A stretch of 64,000 nucleotides of DNA from Minisyncoccota bacterium (GCA_041653755.1 JBAZEU010000001.1:65398-129397); one strand, 5' to 3'. Positions 49,649 through 60,448 are shown, counted from the first letter of the stretch. The notes: generated by a model from the letters alone, not told the origin. Numbers and translations are program-made.

Positions 49649-49677
49649 TTGACGAATTGATTATTATTTGATATAAT
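49649..49677 (+). promoter_or_regulatory. sigma70-like promoter TTGACG-17-TATAAT with ~100-nt structured leader
   Basis: consensus hexamers; leader contains hairpin TCCCGC-attaa-GCGGGA before GGAGA SD. Confidence 0.5.
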
Positions 49678-49784
49678 ACTCTGATAGTAGGAGTTGTTTT
49701 TTTAACAATTTATTTTGATAAACATCGGTACGTCTGGGATCCCGCATTAAGCGGGATGAGGGACAAAGCCGAAAAGGAGACAAG

Positions 49785-50402
49785 ATGGCGAAGAAAGATA
49801 TTGATGGGCTTATTGGTGGCATGGGCGTTGCAACGAGTTTAATTTCTTCTTTATTGGAGGAAGTAAAACGAATTGGCGGAACAGCCGAAGATGTTCATCG
49901 ACTTGTGAAACCAGAGGGTAGGCAGACGATTACGGAGATGGCTAAATTGGTCGTTTTCAGTAGCATTGATGGAAACATTAAAATTAAGCTGGATGTTAAC
50001 TACGACCAATCATTAATCGAAGCGGTCAAAGAAGGGAAGTACGATGATTGTTTTACTTATGATCTTAGCCTTAAAAACTTCCCAAACCATCAAAGCGGTC
50101 AGAAAGAAGTAGAATTAGTACTATTCTGTTTTGGACGGCAAGTATATTCTAAAGAAGTTTATGAATTTGAGGGGAAGCATGGATTTCGAATCGCTACTCC
50201 ACGTGAGCTTCTTAAGCTTGGCGCAAGATTGCCGAAACTTCAACTAAGATTTCCTATGGTAGCTCTTGGACCCGTTGGTAGGCATTCTTTACTTCTCTAT
50301 GGTTGTAATAACAGACGTGGTTTGAGTACTACTAGTGATTCACCCGGTGTGTTATGGAACGGGAATTATCGTTTCGCGTTTGTCCGAGAGAAAAAACAGT
50401 AA
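49785..50402 (+). CDS. hypothetical protein
   Basis: 205 aa, own promoter and terminator, no recognisable motif. Confidence 0.45.
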   Translation: MAKKDIDGLIGGMGVATSLISSLLEEVKRIGGTAEDVHRLVKPEGRQTITEMAKLVVFSSIDGNIKIKLDVNYDQSLIEAVKEGKYDDCFTYDLSLKNFPNHQSGQKEVELVLFCFGRQVYSKEVYEFEGKHGFRIATPRELLKLGARLPKLQLRFPMVALGPVGRHSLLLYGCNNRRGLSTTSDSPGVLWNGNYRFAFVREKKQ

Positions 50403-50425
50403 ACATCTTGACTCTTTAGTTCTTT

Positions 50426-50471
50426 GACCCCGTTCTTAGTATCTAAAAAATATTGGGGGCGGGGTCTTTTT
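50426..50471 (+). terminator. rho-independent terminator
   Basis: GACCCCG...CGGGGTC + TTTTT. Confidence 0.55.
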
Positions 50472-50535
50472 GTTTTCCGTTGACATACATCAATTATTTT
50501 GCTAAATTTTATCTATCGGTTTTAGAAAAATACAA

Positions 50536-50952
50536 ATGCCCACAATTCATCAGTTAGTAAAAAAAGGCAGAAAAACTTTTAAAACAAAGCCGAAATCACC
50601 GGCTTTAACTTTTGGTTTTAATACCAAGAAAAATAAACCAGTAGGTTACCCATCGTCATTCAAAAGAGGAGTGTGCTTAAAAGTTTTTACGACTACGCCA
50701 AAGAAACCGAACTCCGCTTTAAGAAAAGTTGCGAGAGTGCGTTTGACGAACGGAATGGAAGTAACTGCTTATATCCCGGGCGTTGGGCACAATCTTCAGG
50801 AACACGCAGTTGTTGTAATTCGCGGCGGCAGAGTGAAGGATTTGCCGGGCGTAAGATATCATATTGTCAGAGGATTGCTTGACACAACCGGTGTTGAAGG
50901 AAGAAAACAAGAAAGAAGTAAATACGGAGTAAAAAGACCTAAACAATCGTAA
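50536..50952 (+). CDS. rpsL: 30S ribosomal protein S12
   Basis: [11 protein letters not shown]...[19 protein letters not shown] canonical S12. Confidence 0.95.
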   Translation: MPTIHQLVKKGRKTFKTKPKSPALTFGFNTKKNKPVGYPSSFKRGVCLKVFTTTPKKPNSALRKVARVRLTNGMEVTAYIPGVGHNLQEHAVVVIRGGRVKDLPGVRYHIVRGLLDTTGVEGRKQERSKYGVKRPKQS

Positions 50953-50953
50953 A

Positions 50954-51427
50954 ATGAGAAAAAAACGAAAATACACAAAACAACATGAGCCGGATGTAAA
51001 GTATGACAAAATCGTTATTAGCCGGTTTATTAATTATTTAATGAAAGACGGTAAGAAATCCGTGGCGGAAACAGTTTTGTACGATGCTTTTGATATTATT
51101 GAAAAACAAACCAAACAAAATCCGCTTGAAGTTTTTGAAAAATGTTTAGATACTGTTTCGCCTCTTCAAGAATTAGTTTCTCGACGAGTTGGCGGTGCTA
51201 ATTATCAGGTTCCAAGAGAAGTAAGACCGGAAAGGAAATTCTTTTTGGCTTGCAAGTGGATTATTGATTCTGCCGCTTCAGCTAAGGGAAAGCCAATGGC
51301 TCAAAAATTAGCCGAAGAAATTATTTTGGGCTCCAAAAACGAAGGTAATGCAATTAAGAAAAAACAAACTGTTCACAGGATGGCAGAAGCCAACCGCGCT
51401 TTCGCTCATTTTGCCAGACCCAGATAA
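50954..51427 (+). CDS. rpsG: 30S ribosomal protein S7
   Basis: canonical S7 (VKYDKIVISRFINYLMKDGKKS). Confidence 0.9.
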   Translation: MRKKRKYTKQHEPDVKYDKIVISRFINYLMKDGKKSVAETVLYDAFDIIEKQTKQNPLEVFEKCLDTVSPLQELVSRRVGGANYQVPREVRPERKFFLACKWIIDSAASAKGKPMAQKLAEEIILGSKNEGNAIKKKQTVHRMAEANRAFAHFARPR

Positions 51428-51433
51428 TCCACT

Positions 51434-53545
51434 ATGGCCCGTAGTTATCCTTTAGAAAAATATAGAAATATCGGAATCATTGCTCATATTGATGCCGGAA
51501 AAACAACCGTTTCGGAACGAGTTCTTTTCTATACCGGCATTTCTCATAAAATCGGAGAAGTTCACGAAGGAGCGGCAGTGATGGATTGGATGGAACAAGA
51601 ACAGGAAAGGGGAATCACGATTACTTCCGCTGCCACAACTTGTTTTTGGACTCCGACTTATCGCTCGGGCGATAAAAATTTCGAACATAGAATAAATCTT
51701 ATCGATACTCCGGGACACGTTGATTTTACAGTTGAAGTGGAAAGATCATTGAGAGTGCTCGATGGAGGAGTTGTGGTTTTTGACGGCGTTGCCGGTGTTG
51801 AACCGCAATCAGAAACAGTTTGGCGCCAAGCGGATAAATATAAAGTTCCGCGAGTTTGTTTTATAAATAAATTAGATAGAATGGGAGCTAGCTTTTGGGG
51901 TTCGCTAAAATCAATTCACGAACGCCTTACTTTAGACGCAGTGCCTATTAATATCCCAATCGGATTAGAATCAGCTTTTGAAGGAGTTATTGATTTAATT
52001 CGGATGAAAGCGTTTTCTTTCGAAGGCGAACACGGAGAAAAAGTTACCGAGAAAGAAATCCCAGACAATTTAAAAGATGAAGCTGAAAAGGCCAGACACA
52101 CTTTAATAGAAAAAGTTGCCGAACAAGACGACCAGATGCTTCATAAGTATCTAGAAGGGCATACGATGAGCGAAGAAGAAATAAGGGCTACTCTTCGAAC
52201 AGCAACTATTAACAATAAATTAGTGCCGGTTCTTTGCGGTTCAGCTTTAAAAAATAAAGGAGTGCAATTTATGCTTGATGCGGCTGTTGATTATCTTCCG
52301 TCCCCGATTGATTTAAAAGAATTGAAACCCATCAAAGGAGTTGATGTAAAAACCGGAGCGGAAATCATAAGGCAGCCGAGCGACGAAGAACCGTTAACCG
52401 CATTAGCTTTTAAAATCGCCACAGATCCATTTATCGGTAGCTTAACCTATTTCAGGATTTATTCTGGGAAATTAACTAAAAGCACTTATGTTTTGAACTC
52501 GACCAAAAATGAGCAGGAAAGAATTGGCCGTATTGTCAGGATGCACGCAAACAAGAGAGAAGAAGTTGAAGAAGCTTATGCCGGTGACTTAGGCGCGATT
52601 GTCGGGTTGAAAGATACCACCACTGGTGACACTCTTTGCGATCCGAATAATCCGATTATTTTGGAACAAATTACTTTCCCAGAACCGGTTATTTCATTGA
52701 GAATTGAACCGAAAACAAAAGTTGACCAGGAAAAGCTTGGAATGGCTATGAGGCGTTTGGCGCAAGAAGATCCGACTTTCAGAATCAAAGGCGATCCGGA
52801 AACGGGTGAAACAATTATTTCCGGGATGGGCGAACTTCATTTAGAAATTTTAGTTGATAGAATGAAACGAGAATTCGGTGTTGAAGCCAATATTGGACGG
52901 CCGCAAGTTGCTTATAAAGAAACTATTTTAGGGACAAGTGACGCAGAAGGAAAATATATTAAGCAATCAGGCGGACGTGGACAATACGGTCATGTCTGGC
53001 TTAAAATTGCGCCCCTTGAAAGAGGAAAAGGTTTCGTTTTTATTGATAAGATTAAAGGAGGCGCTATTCCTCAAGAATTTATTCCAGCTGTTGAAAAAGG
53101 CGTCAAAGAGGCAATAGACAAGGGAGTTGTTGCCGGTTATCCGATGACAGACGTTGAAGTTACTTTGTATGACGGATCTTTCCATGAAGTTGACTCTTCG
53201 GAAGTTGCTTTCAAAATTGCCGCATCTATGGCTTTCCAGGAAGCAGCCAGGAGAGCTAAGCCGATTATCCTTGAGCCGGTTATGAAAGTTCAGGTGTTAG
53301 CACCGATGAATTTCTTGGGCGACGTCACTGGCGATTTGAATTCAAAAAGAGGTAGAATAGAAGAAATAAACGATAGGGGAAACATAAAAGTTATTGATGC
53401 GAAAGTTGCTTTGTCTGAAATGTTCGGCTACGCGACAGCGTTGAGATCAATGACTCAGGGGAGAGGAAGTTCCACAATGGAGTTCAGCGATTACGAACAA
53501 GTTCCTCAAAATATAGCCCAAGCGATAGCAGAAGGAAGAAAATAA
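51434..53545 (+). CDS. fusA: elongation factor G
   Basis: G-domain [21 protein letters not shown]; 703 aa five-domain EF-G. Confidence 0.95.
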   Translation: MARSYPLEKYRNIGIIAHIDAGKTTVSERVLFYTGISHKIGEVHEGAAVMDWMEQEQERGITITSAATTCFWTPTYRSGDKNFEHRINLIDTPGHVDFTVEVERSLRVLDGGVVVFDGVAGVEPQSETVWRQADKYKVPRVCFINKLDRMGASFWGSLKSIHERLTLDAVPINIPIGLESAFEGVIDLIRMKAFSFEGEHGEKVTEKEIPDNLKDEAEKARHTLIEKVAEQDDQMLHKYLEGHTMSEEEIRATLRTATINNKLVPVLCGSALKNKGVQFMLDAAVDYLPSPIDLKELKPIKGVDVKTGAEIIRQPSDEEPLTALAFKIATDPFIGSLTYFRIYSGKLTKSTYVLNSTKNEQERIGRIVRMHANKREEVEEAYAGDLGAIVGLKDTTTGDTLCDPNNPIILEQITFPEPVISLRIEPKTKVDQEKLGMAMRRLAQEDPTFRIKGDPETGETIISGMGELHLEILVDRMKREFGVEANIGRPQVAYKETILGTSDAEGKYIKQSGGRGQYGHVWLKIAPLERGKGFVFIDKIKGGAIPQEFIPAVEKGVKEAIDKGVVAGYPMTDVEVTLYDGSFHEVDSSEVAFKIAASMAFQEAARRAKPIILEPVMKVQVLAPMNFLGDVTGDLNSKRGRIEEINDRGNIKVIDAKVALSEMFGYATALRSMTQGRGSSTMEFSDYEQVPQNIAQAIAEGRK

Positions 53546-53567
53546 AGAGTTTTGTCTGAAAAATAAT

Positions 53568-53990
53568 ATGGCCACTCGACATTTAGTCCGTTCAGTTGTT
53601 CTCCAGTCACTTTATGAGTGGGATTTTTTCGACAAGAAAGAGGATTTTATAAAAACTTTGGAAAGAAATTTACAAGAATTTGCTCCGGGCATTGATGAGC
53701 CGGAGTTTGCTTGGCAAATTGCCAAAGGACTTGTAGAGCATTTAGCAAAAATCGACGAAATAATTGAAAAAGCCGCTCCGCAATGGCCGATTGACCAAAT
53801 TCCAAATATAGACAGAAATATTTTGCGTATAGGTCTTTATGAATTGCTTTATGCCAATAAAGAAGAAGTACCGCCAAAAGTAGCGATTAACGAAGCGATT
53901 GAATTGGCGAAAAATTATGGCGGCGAAAATTCATCCAAGTTTATCAACGGCGTTTTGGGTACGGTATATAAACAATTAGAAAGTAAATGA
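53568..53990 (+). CDS. nusB: transcription antitermination factor NusB
   Basis: [18 protein letters not shown] NusB N-terminus, 140 aa. Confidence 0.85.
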   Translation: MATRHLVRSVVLQSLYEWDFFDKKEDFIKTLERNLQEFAPGIDEPEFAWQIAKGLVEHLAKIDEIIEKAAPQWPIDQIPNIDRNILRIGLYELLYANKEEVPPKVAINEAIELAKNYGGENSSKFINGVLGTVYKQLESK

Positions 53991-54030
53991 TTTCTAGAAG
54001 ATAAATAACTTCTAGAAAATAAACAATTTC

Positions 54031-54735
54031 GTGTCTACAGATTTATCAAAAGTTGAAAAAGTATTAGGCGTTGAGTTTGGGACAAAGTCCTTGCTTTACG
54101 AGGCCTTAACTCATCGTTCTTACTTAAACGAAAACCCTGGCTGGGAATATTCTCATAACGAAAGATTAGAATATCTTGGCGATGCGGTGCTCGAACTTAT
54201 CACCACTGAATTTTTATTTGCAAATTACAAAGATTATTCTGAAGGGCAATTGACTGCTATCAGAGCGGCTCTAGTCAACTATCAATTCTTGGCAAAAGTT
54301 GCTAAAGAAATGAACTTAGATGAATTTATTTTTGTTTCAAAAGGAGAAGCGCAGGATACCGGCAAAGCAAAAGAAGTAATTTTAGCCAATACTTTTGAGT
54401 CGGTTTTGGGAGCTATTTATCTTGATAAGGGCTATGATATATCAGCAAAATTCGTTAAGGAAAAAGTTTTGGTTTCTACTGCAGAAATTATAGAGAAAGG
54501 CCTTTATCGTGATCCAAAAAGTTTGTTGCAGGAAATTATTCAGGATAGATTAAGGGTTACGCCGACTTATAATGTCTTATCTGAATCGGGCCCGGACCAC
54601 CAGAAAGTTTTTAAAGTCGGAGTTTACTTCAACGAAGATTTGATTACCGAAGGCGAAGGGTTATCAAAGCAAGAAGCGGAGATTAAAGCCGCCGAGAAAG
54701 CGTTAGAAAAGATTGTGGCGGACAATAGTGCTTAA
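54031..54735 (+). CDS. rnc: ribonuclease III
   Basis: RNase III signature ERLEYLGDAVLEL, C-terminal dsRBD; GTG start. Confidence 0.9.
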   Translation: MSTDLSKVEKVLGVEFGTKSLLYEALTHRSYLNENPGWEYSHNERLEYLGDAVLELITTEFLFANYKDYSEGQLTAIRAALVNYQFLAKVAKEMNLDEFIFVSKGEAQDTGKAKEVILANTFESVLGAIYLDKGYDISAKFVKEKVLVSTAEIIEKGLYRDPKSLLQEIIQDRLRVTPTYNVLSESGPDHQKVFKVGVYFNEDLITEGEGLSKQEAEIKAAEKALEKIVADNSA

Positions 54736-54776
54736 ACCTTGCAATATTTCAATCTTTCAATTAAGATAGACCAATT

Positions 54777-55175
54777 ATGTTAGCAATTAAATTACAAAGA
54801 ATCGGCAAAAAGAAACAGGGAAGTTTTAGAGTGGTGGTTTCTGAAAAGAGATCAAAAATGTCCAGTTCTATAGAGGACTTGGGTTTTTTTAATCCTTACA
54901 GCGATAAATTAAGCATTAGCAAAGAAAAAGTATCTTATTGGATGAAAGAAGGCGCGCAACCTACGGATAGCGTTTTTAATCTTCTGATAACAGCGGGGAT
55001 TATAGAAGGAAAGAAAAAAGCTGTTCACGCTAAATCTAAGAAACAAGCTGAAGAAGTAAAAGCTCAACCAGCACAGCAACCAGCAGAACAAATCGCAGAA
55101 ACCCCGGCAGAAGAAAAACCAGCCCCCGCCTCCGATGAATCTTCGGCGGGCAAGGAGGAAAAAGTTCAAAGCTAA
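54777..55175 (+). CDS. rpsP: 30S ribosomal protein S16 with charged C-terminal extension
   Basis: MLAIKLQRIGKKKQGSFRVVV S16 N-terminus. Confidence 0.85.
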   Translation: MLAIKLQRIGKKKQGSFRVVVSEKRSKMSSSIEDLGFFNPYSDKLSISKEKVSYWMKEGAQPTDSVFNLLITAGIIEGKKKAVHAKSKKQAEEVKAQPAQQPAEQIAETPAEEKPAPASDESSAGKEEKVQS

Positions 55176-55221
55176 GAACAGTTATAATTAGAAAGGTCGA
55201 GTTAATTTAAAGATTATCAGA

Positions 55222-55521
55222 TTGAATATAATGAATCAGGAACTTGATAGAGAATTTCTGGATTATATGGTAAAGGCGTTAGTCAACCATCCAGAAGATG
55301 TGAAAGTTGAAAGACAAGTTGATGAAATGGGAGTGCTTTTGACTTTGAAAGTGAATCCTTTGGATATGGGCCAGATTATCGGCCGCCAGGGTTCAACTGC
55401 TCAAGCAATCAGATCTTTATTGAAGATCGTTGGCGTAAAAAATCACGCCCGAGTCAATTTAAAGATTATTGAGCCAGAGGGAAGAGCTCCAAGAGAAGAA
55501 AGACCAAGCGCGAGTTTTTAA
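55222..55521 (+). CDS. khpA: KH-domain RNA-binding protein (KhpA/YlqC-like)
   Basis: KH GxxG loop IIGRQGSTAQAIRSLLK. Confidence 0.7.
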   Translation: MNIMNQELDREFLDYMVKALVNHPEDVKVERQVDEMGVLLTLKVNPLDMGQIIGRQGSTAQAIRSLLKIVGVKNHARVNLKIIEPEGRAPREERPSASF

Positions 55522-55546
55522 ACTATATTTTAAACTCAAAGAATCT

Positions 55547-55570
55547 AAAATCCGCCAATTGGCGGATTTT
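55547..55570 (+). terminator. rho-independent terminator
   Basis: AAAATCCGCC-aatt-GGCGGATTTT perfect palindrome. Confidence 0.65.
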
Positions 55571-55676
55571 AGTTATGTATTGACATTTTTGTATTTATAT
55601 GCTATATTTTATTAAGCGTAGAATCACGACGATTCTATGAACTTAAAAAAGCAATACAACCGAAACGGAGGAGAAA

Positions 55677-55856
55677 ATGATGGATGTTGATGATTATCTG
55701 GGGCTTTCAGCGTTTACTTGCGTAGGGATTATCGTGATTTTTGAAGGAATAACTGACAAAAGCATCGATCCGCTCAAACGAGTTGGCTTAGTTGCTCTTG
55801 GGATTGCTATCGTAATTGCAGCAATTTTGATCGGTGAATTCTGGTTGAGCAAATGA
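55677..55856 (+). CDS. 59-aa two-TM micro-protein
   Basis: GGAGGAG SD; two hydrophobic helices; below ORF-track cut-off. Confidence 0.35.
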   Translation: MMDVDDYLGLSAFTCVGIIVIFEGITDKSIDPLKRVGLVALGIAIVIAAILIGEFWLSK

Positions 55857-55923
55857 AAAGTAGCTAGTAGTAAAAAGAGATCAGGTTCCCGATTCTTGTA
55901 GACAACAAAAGACGGAGGGGAAA

Positions 55924-56361
55924 ATGAGTAATATGGCTTGTGGTTCGATTGTAGGTTTTTCTCTATTGCTTTGTGTTTTAGGGATCATTCTTTTTCTAAG
56001 TGTGATCAATAAAATACTTAGCTCACGATCAGGAAATTTCATGGGATTTTATAAAGTGTTAGCAACAGTGGCTGTATTAATGATACTTGGACCTTTTGGA
56101 GCAAGTGTATTCCTTGGTTTCCACAATCGTGCCGCTGCTTCGAGCCAAAGCCAGTCGTTTTCTGCTCAGACTGTATCTGGATACGGACAAGCCAGGGAAC
56201 ATGTTAGTACTTGGCAAGCGACTATTTCGGACGCCGGGGAAATGAGAGCAAAATTTTATATCTCCAGCGAGATTAAACCGAAAACGCTTACGATCATTTT
56301 CACGGACAAACATGACCAGCCTCTGACAGAAAAGAAATACACCCTAACCGAAATAAAGTAG
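55924..56361 (+). CDS. hypothetical membrane-anchored protein
   Basis: GGAGGGG SD, N-terminal TM pair, 145 aa. Confidence 0.4.
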   Translation: MSNMACGSIVGFSLLLCVLGIILFLSVINKILSSRSGNFMGFYKVLATVAVLMILGPFGASVFLGFHNRAAASSQSQSFSAQTVSGYGQAREHVSTWQATISDAGEMRAKFYISSEIKPKTLTIIFTDKHDQPLTEKKYTLTEIK

Positions 56362-56379
56362 GGTAGATAAGAATAATCA

Positions 56380-56417
56380 ATATGCCTGACTGGTTTCCTA
56401 GTCAGGCATATTTTTTT
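56380..56417 (+). terminator. rho-independent terminator
   Basis: ATATGCCTGAC...GTCAGGCATAT + TTTTTTT. Confidence 0.65.
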
Positions 56418-56430
56418 ACAGATGGATTAA

Positions 56431-56460
56431 ATCGCCAACAAGGCGATTTTTTGTTAGAAT
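56431..56460 (+). promoter_or_regulatory. terminator hairpin fused to extended -10 TGTTAGAAT, 6 nt before trmD ATG (leaderless-type)
   Basis: ATCGCC-aaca-GGCGAT TTTTTGTTAGAAT AATTTA ATG. Confidence 0.45.
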
Positions 56461-56466
56461 AATTTA

Positions 56467-57147
56467 ATGCGTTTCGACATAATCACAATTTTCCCAGAAA
56501 TCTTTAATTCTTACCTAAAAGAATCGATTTTGAAGCGTGCGCAGAAAAATAAATTAATTGAAATTAAAATTCATAATCTTAGGGATTTTTCGCAAGGTAA
56601 ACACAAAAGAGTTGATGATAAAGCGTATGGCGGGGGACCGGGGATGGTACTCAAAATTGAGCCGATAGTAAAAGCAATAAACTCAATTTTTAGAATTAAG
56701 AATGCAGAATTAAGAATTAAGAAAAAAACAAAGATAATTCTATTTTCCGCGGCCGGTAAACAATTTGATAATAAAATAGCCTCGGATTTGGCTAAAAAAT
56801 ACGATCGTCTTGTTTTAATTTGTGGTCGTTATGAAGGAGTAGATGAACGTATAAAAAAAGCGATCCATGATTTAGGATTTAAGATTCAAGAAATATCCGT
56901 AGGGCCGTATGTTTTAACTGGCGGAGAACTTCCGGCAATGACATTAATTGATTCGGTTTCTCGGCAGATTCCGGGTGTTTTGGGGAAGAATGAATCTCTT
57001 GAAGAAAGAAGATATGGCGTTGGCGTGCCTGTTTATACTCGGCCGGAAACTGTAAAAATCAAAAGTAAAAAATACAAAGTGCCGGAAATTTTGCTATCAG
57101 GTAATCATAAGAAAATAGAGGAGTGGCGTAGGAGAAATAAGCAGTAG
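56467..57147 (+). CDS. trmD: tRNA (guanine37-N1)-methyltransferase
   Basis: MRFDIITIFPEIF SPOUT TrmD N-terminus, GRYEGVDER motif. Confidence 0.85.
   Translation: MRFDIITIFPEIFNSYLKESILKRAQKNKLIEIKIHNLRDFSQGKHKRVDDKAYGGGPGMVLKIEPIVKAINSIFRIKNAELRIKKKTKIILFSAAGKQFDNKIASDLAKKYDRLVLICGRYEGVDERIKKAIHDLGFKIQEISVGPYVLTGGELPAMTLIDSVSRQIPGVLGKNESLEERRYGVGVPVYTRPETVKIKSKKYKVPEILLSGNHKKIEEWRRRNKQ
56694..56719. repeat. 26-nt exact repeat AATTAAGAATGCAGAATTAAGAATTA (copy 2, inside trmD CDS encoding RIKNAELRIK)
   Basis: identical to 23799-23824. Confidence 0.7.
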
Positions 57148-57187
57148 CTTTGACAATAACGCTTTTATCCTGCTATACTTTTGACTT

Positions 57188-57919
57188 ATGACAGAAATAG
57201 CGCAAATTGAGGAGTCGTTAAAAGAGAAAATTCCAGAAAAAAAGGATTTAATCATTTTGGAGGAAATGCTTCAGAACGCATTGATGTACGGCCATAAAAG
57301 AACGAGGACTAACCCAAGATTTAAGTCCTTTGTTTTTGCGAACCGTAATAATGTAGAAATAATCGATTTAACGCTGACATTAAAAAAGATAGAAGAAGCG
57401 GTTGAGTTTTTGAAAACCAAAATAAAAGAAAAAGCGATTGTTTTAGTCGTAGCGCTTCAGCCAGCGGCCAGAGAAGCGGTTGAAAATATCACGAAAGAAT
57501 TTGATTTTTGCTATATCAACTCTCGATGGATTGGCGGTCTTCTGACGAATTTTTCTATTTTATCGAAAAGAATAGAGTACCTTAAAAAGCTTCAAGCGGA
57601 TTTAGCGAAAGGAGAATTTGATAAATATACCAAAAAGGAAAGATTGATGATTACTCGGCAAATCACCAAAATGAAAGGATTATTTGATGGTTTAGAAAAT
57701 TTGAACAGAAAGCCGGATGCGATGATTGTCATTGACCCATCGCTTAAAGGCCATCAAACGGCAATCAGAGAAGCCAAGCAAATTGGTATTCCAGTAGTTG
57801 CTATTCTTGATAGCGACGACAATCCAGAACAAATTAATTATCCGATTCCAGCAAACGATCATGCCAAAATCAGCATTGATTGGTTGGTCAATAAAATAAT
57901 CGAAAAAGTAAAAGCTTAA
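57188..57919 (+). CDS. rpsB: 30S ribosomal protein S2
   Basis: canonical S2 ([23 protein letters not shown]). Confidence 0.9.
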   Translation: MTEIAQIEESLKEKIPEKKDLIILEEMLQNALMYGHKRTRTNPRFKSFVFANRNNVEIIDLTLTLKKIEEAVEFLKTKIKEKAIVLVVALQPAAREAVENITKEFDFCYINSRWIGGLLTNFSILSKRIEYLKKLQADLAKGEFDKYTKKERLMITRQITKMKGLFDGLENLNRKPDAMIVIDPSLKGHQTAIREAKQIGIPVVAILDSDDNPEQINYPIPANDHAKISIDWLVNKIIEKVKA

Positions 57920-57921
57920 AA

Positions 57922-58362
57922 ATGTTAAACGACATTCAAAAACTTAGAGAAGAAACTGGTGCCGGAGTAATGGAATGCAAGAAAGCGTTGGAAGAAGCGA
58001 AAGGCGATTTAGAAAAAGCCAAAAAAGTTCTTTACGAAAGCGGATTGGCAAAAGCTAATAGCAAATCAGGAAGAAATACCGGGGCCGGACTTTTAGAAAC
58101 TTATATTCATAATCAGAGAGTTGGAGTATTACTTGAAGTTCGTTGTGAAACTGATTTTGTGGCAAAGAATGAAGTTTTCAAAGAATTGGCTCATATCGTT
58201 GCTATGCAGATTGCGGCTATGAACCCGGAAAATGTTGAAGCATTGTTAAAACAGCCATCTATCAAAAACGAAAAAGAAACGATAGAAGATCTCGTCAAGC
58301 AATATATCGCTAAAATAGGGGAGAACATTCGCGTCGAGCGCTTCTGCCGATACGAACTCTAA
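57922..58362 (+). CDS. tsf: elongation factor Ts, minimal 146-aa form
   Basis: N-terminal UBA-like [26 protein letters not shown]. Confidence 0.8.
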   Translation: MLNDIQKLREETGAGVMECKKALEEAKGDLEKAKKVLYESGLAKANSKSGRNTGAGLLETYIHNQRVGVLLEVRCETDFVAKNEVFKELAHIVAMQIAAMNPENVEALLKQPSIKNEKETIEDLVKQYIAKIGENIRVERFCRYEL

Positions 58363-58372
58363 TTTCTTTCGT

Positions 58373-58822
58373 ATGTACAACTTTATCTTACAAATCTGTC
58401 TAATGGTTGGGTTTGGTGGTATTGTGTATTTAATAGCGAGAGGCGTTCCAAGAATAGACGATACCCTTAGAGAAGAACCGAAAAACAAAATTGATCATAA
58501 GATTGATCATTGGTTTTCTAAAATACCGATTGAGAAATTTGATGTTGCTCTAAGTAACTTTTTGGAAAAATTCTTGAGACGGCTCCGAATCGGTTTGTTA
58601 AGAATGGATAATTTTTTGGTTAAGCATCTTAATAAGGTGAAAACTGTTAATCAGGAGAATAACAAAAAACCGGATTTAATTTCAGCGCTTGTTGCAGAAA
58701 AGACCGAAGAAATTGTAGAAACAAAGATTGATATAATTGGAGACCAAAGCAAACCATCGACGGAAATAAATCAGCAGCCAGAAACACCGGAACAATTAGA
58801 AAACAAAGAGGAGAATATTTAA
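58373..58822 (+). CDS. hypothetical single-TM protein
   Basis: N-terminal TM, acidic C-terminus. Confidence 0.4.
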   Translation: MYNFILQICLMVGFGGIVYLIARGVPRIDDTLREEPKNKIDHKIDHWFSKIPIEKFDVALSNFLEKFLRRLRIGLLRMDNFLVKHLNKVKTVNQENNKKPDLISALVAEKTEEIVETKIDIIGDQSKPSTEINQQPETPEQLENKEENI

Positions 58823-58824
58823 AA

Positions 58825-58906
58825 GCTGGGGTACCGAAGTGGTCAAACGGGGCTGACTGTAAATCAGCTGGCACTGCCTTCGTAGGTTCGAATCCTACCC
58901 CCAGCA
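58825..58906 (+). tRNA. tRNA-Tyr (anticodon GTA), type II long variable arm
   Basis: manual cloverleaf: acceptor GCTGGGG/CCCCAGC, anticodon stem GCTGA/TCAGC loop CTGTAAA, T-arm GTAGG-TTCGAAT-CCTAC. Confidence 0.8.
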
Positions 58907-60448
58907 CAGAATAGGAATCAAGAACGCTGGACACACGTTTTGGCCTTTCGCAGAGCCGAATTCCGAAGGTTCTAACCGTTCCATTTCACGATTAACCACT
59001 CCGATGCCTTTTTCAATCAAGAGAAACGGTTTTTCCACGTCAATAGTGAGTTTTTTGTCTTTCAGGAAAAGGTTCGAGCCAAGCTCTTGAAGAGTGGTTC
59101 TTTTGTTTTCAGGAGAGCCGTTTTGAAAGTCTTTTGGCCCCTGGTTGGCAAAAATCAGAGTCTTCTCAGTCAGTTCCGCAGCTTTTCTTAAGGGATTGTT
59201 ATCAGTCTTCAGATTTTGTTCCAGCCGTATCTTTTCTTCAAGGAGACGTTTTTTTTCATTCACATATTCCGTATCGTCAATTAAATCCTTAATTCGCATC
59301 TGATTAAGGTTACGAAGCCGCATTAAACAGTCTCCGAGAGTTTTTTCCAATGACTTCCGGATATTGAAATGTTCTTCGGTTTTTTCCTCTTTTTTCAGAT
59401 GGTCAAGAGCCGGGTCAAGGAATTTTTCCACCAGGTAGATTCTGTTGAGGTATTCTGAAATTTGCGCTTCCAGATCGTTAAGGCTCAAACATTTTTGACT
59501 ACAACCAGCGTTTCTTTTCTTTTTTGTGCAGTGATAATAGGTGTAATGATAACCGTACCGGTTGCATTTTTCTTCGGCCGTTACCATGCAGCCGCATTCT
59601 CCGCACCGGATTAAACCGGTAAAAGCAAACTGGTGCTTTTTAGGCCTTGACCGGCCTTTTCTGCCCAAGATCTCCTGGGCTTTCCAGTATTCGTCTTCTG
59701 TAATCATGGGTTCGTGTTTGCCCTGAAACACACCTTCCCTTCTTTCAATTAGTCCGTAATAGAAGGAATTGCCGAACATTTTGTAAAGATTGCTTGAAGC
59801 CAAAGGCTTACCGCCGGTTTTATTGTAGATTCTTGTTCTGAAACCCCATTCGTCGCTGGCTGCATCAAGAATTTTGTAAGGCGATACACCCTTAAGAAGC
59901 ATATCCCACATTTTACGAACAAGATGGAATCGTTCCGGGTCAGAAACGATGGTTCTTTCTTTGGGTTCGTTTAGGTATCCCAAAGGCGGAAGTCCCGGAA
60001 ACCAGCCTTTTTCCAGTTTGGCCCTATTGCCTCTTTTGATGTTGTCGCTTAAATCATCAACGTATTTTTTGGCCATGCCGAATTCCAGTTGCATCAGGAA
60101 CTTATCGTTGCTGTTGTTGAGGAAAGTATTGGTTGGAGTGATTATTTCGGAAATATTTCCTTGGTCCAAGGCCCAGACCAAAGATGAACCGTCAATGGGA
60201 TTTCTGGCTAATCTATCGAGTTTCCAGACGATGATTCCTTTAACCTGCTTGCCATAGATTTTTTTCATCATGGCGTTAAAAACAGGCCTTCCCGGTGATT
60301 TGGCAGAACGCGACTCTGTCATAATTTCAGAGACATTCAACTTCAACCTATCGGCTAATTCTTTCAGTTCGTTCATCTGGGACTCGATGGAAAGGATTTG
60401 TCTTTCTTCGGACTCGGATGATTTTCGGCAGTAGATGACGTAGGACAT
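58895..60448 (-). CDS. large serine recombinase (integrase)
   Basis: N-terminal resolvase catalytic domain (YCRKSSE..Q..SIESQ), recombinase domain, Cys-rich zinc ribbon (CGECGC...C..C); 3' end overlaps tRNA-Tyr by 12 nt. Confidence 0.85.
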   Translation of the reverse strand: MSYVIYCRKSSESEERQILSIESQMNELKELADRLKLNVSEIMTESRSAKSPGRPVFNAMMKKIYGKQVKGIIVWKLDRLARNPIDGSSLVWALDQGNISEIITPTNTFLNNSNDKFLMQLEFGMAKKYVDDLSDNIKRGNRAKLEKGWFPGLPPLGYLNEPKERTIVSDPERFHLVRKMWDMLLKGVSPYKILDAASDEWGFRTRIYNKTGGKPLASSNLYKMFGNSFYYGLIERREGVFQGKHEPMITEDEYWKAQEILGRKGRSRPKKHQFAFTGLIRCGECGCMVTAEEKCNRYGYHYTYYHCTKKKRNAGCSQKCLSLNDLEAQISEYLNRIYLVEKFLDPALDHLKKEEKTEEHFNIRKSLEKTLGDCLMRLRNLNQMRIKDLIDDTEYVNEKKRLLEEKIRLEQNLKTDNNPLRKAAELTEKTLIFANQGPKDFQNGSPENKRTTLQELGSNLFLKDKKLTIDVEKPFLLIEKGIGVVNREMERLEPSEFGSAKGQNVCPAFLIPILCWG

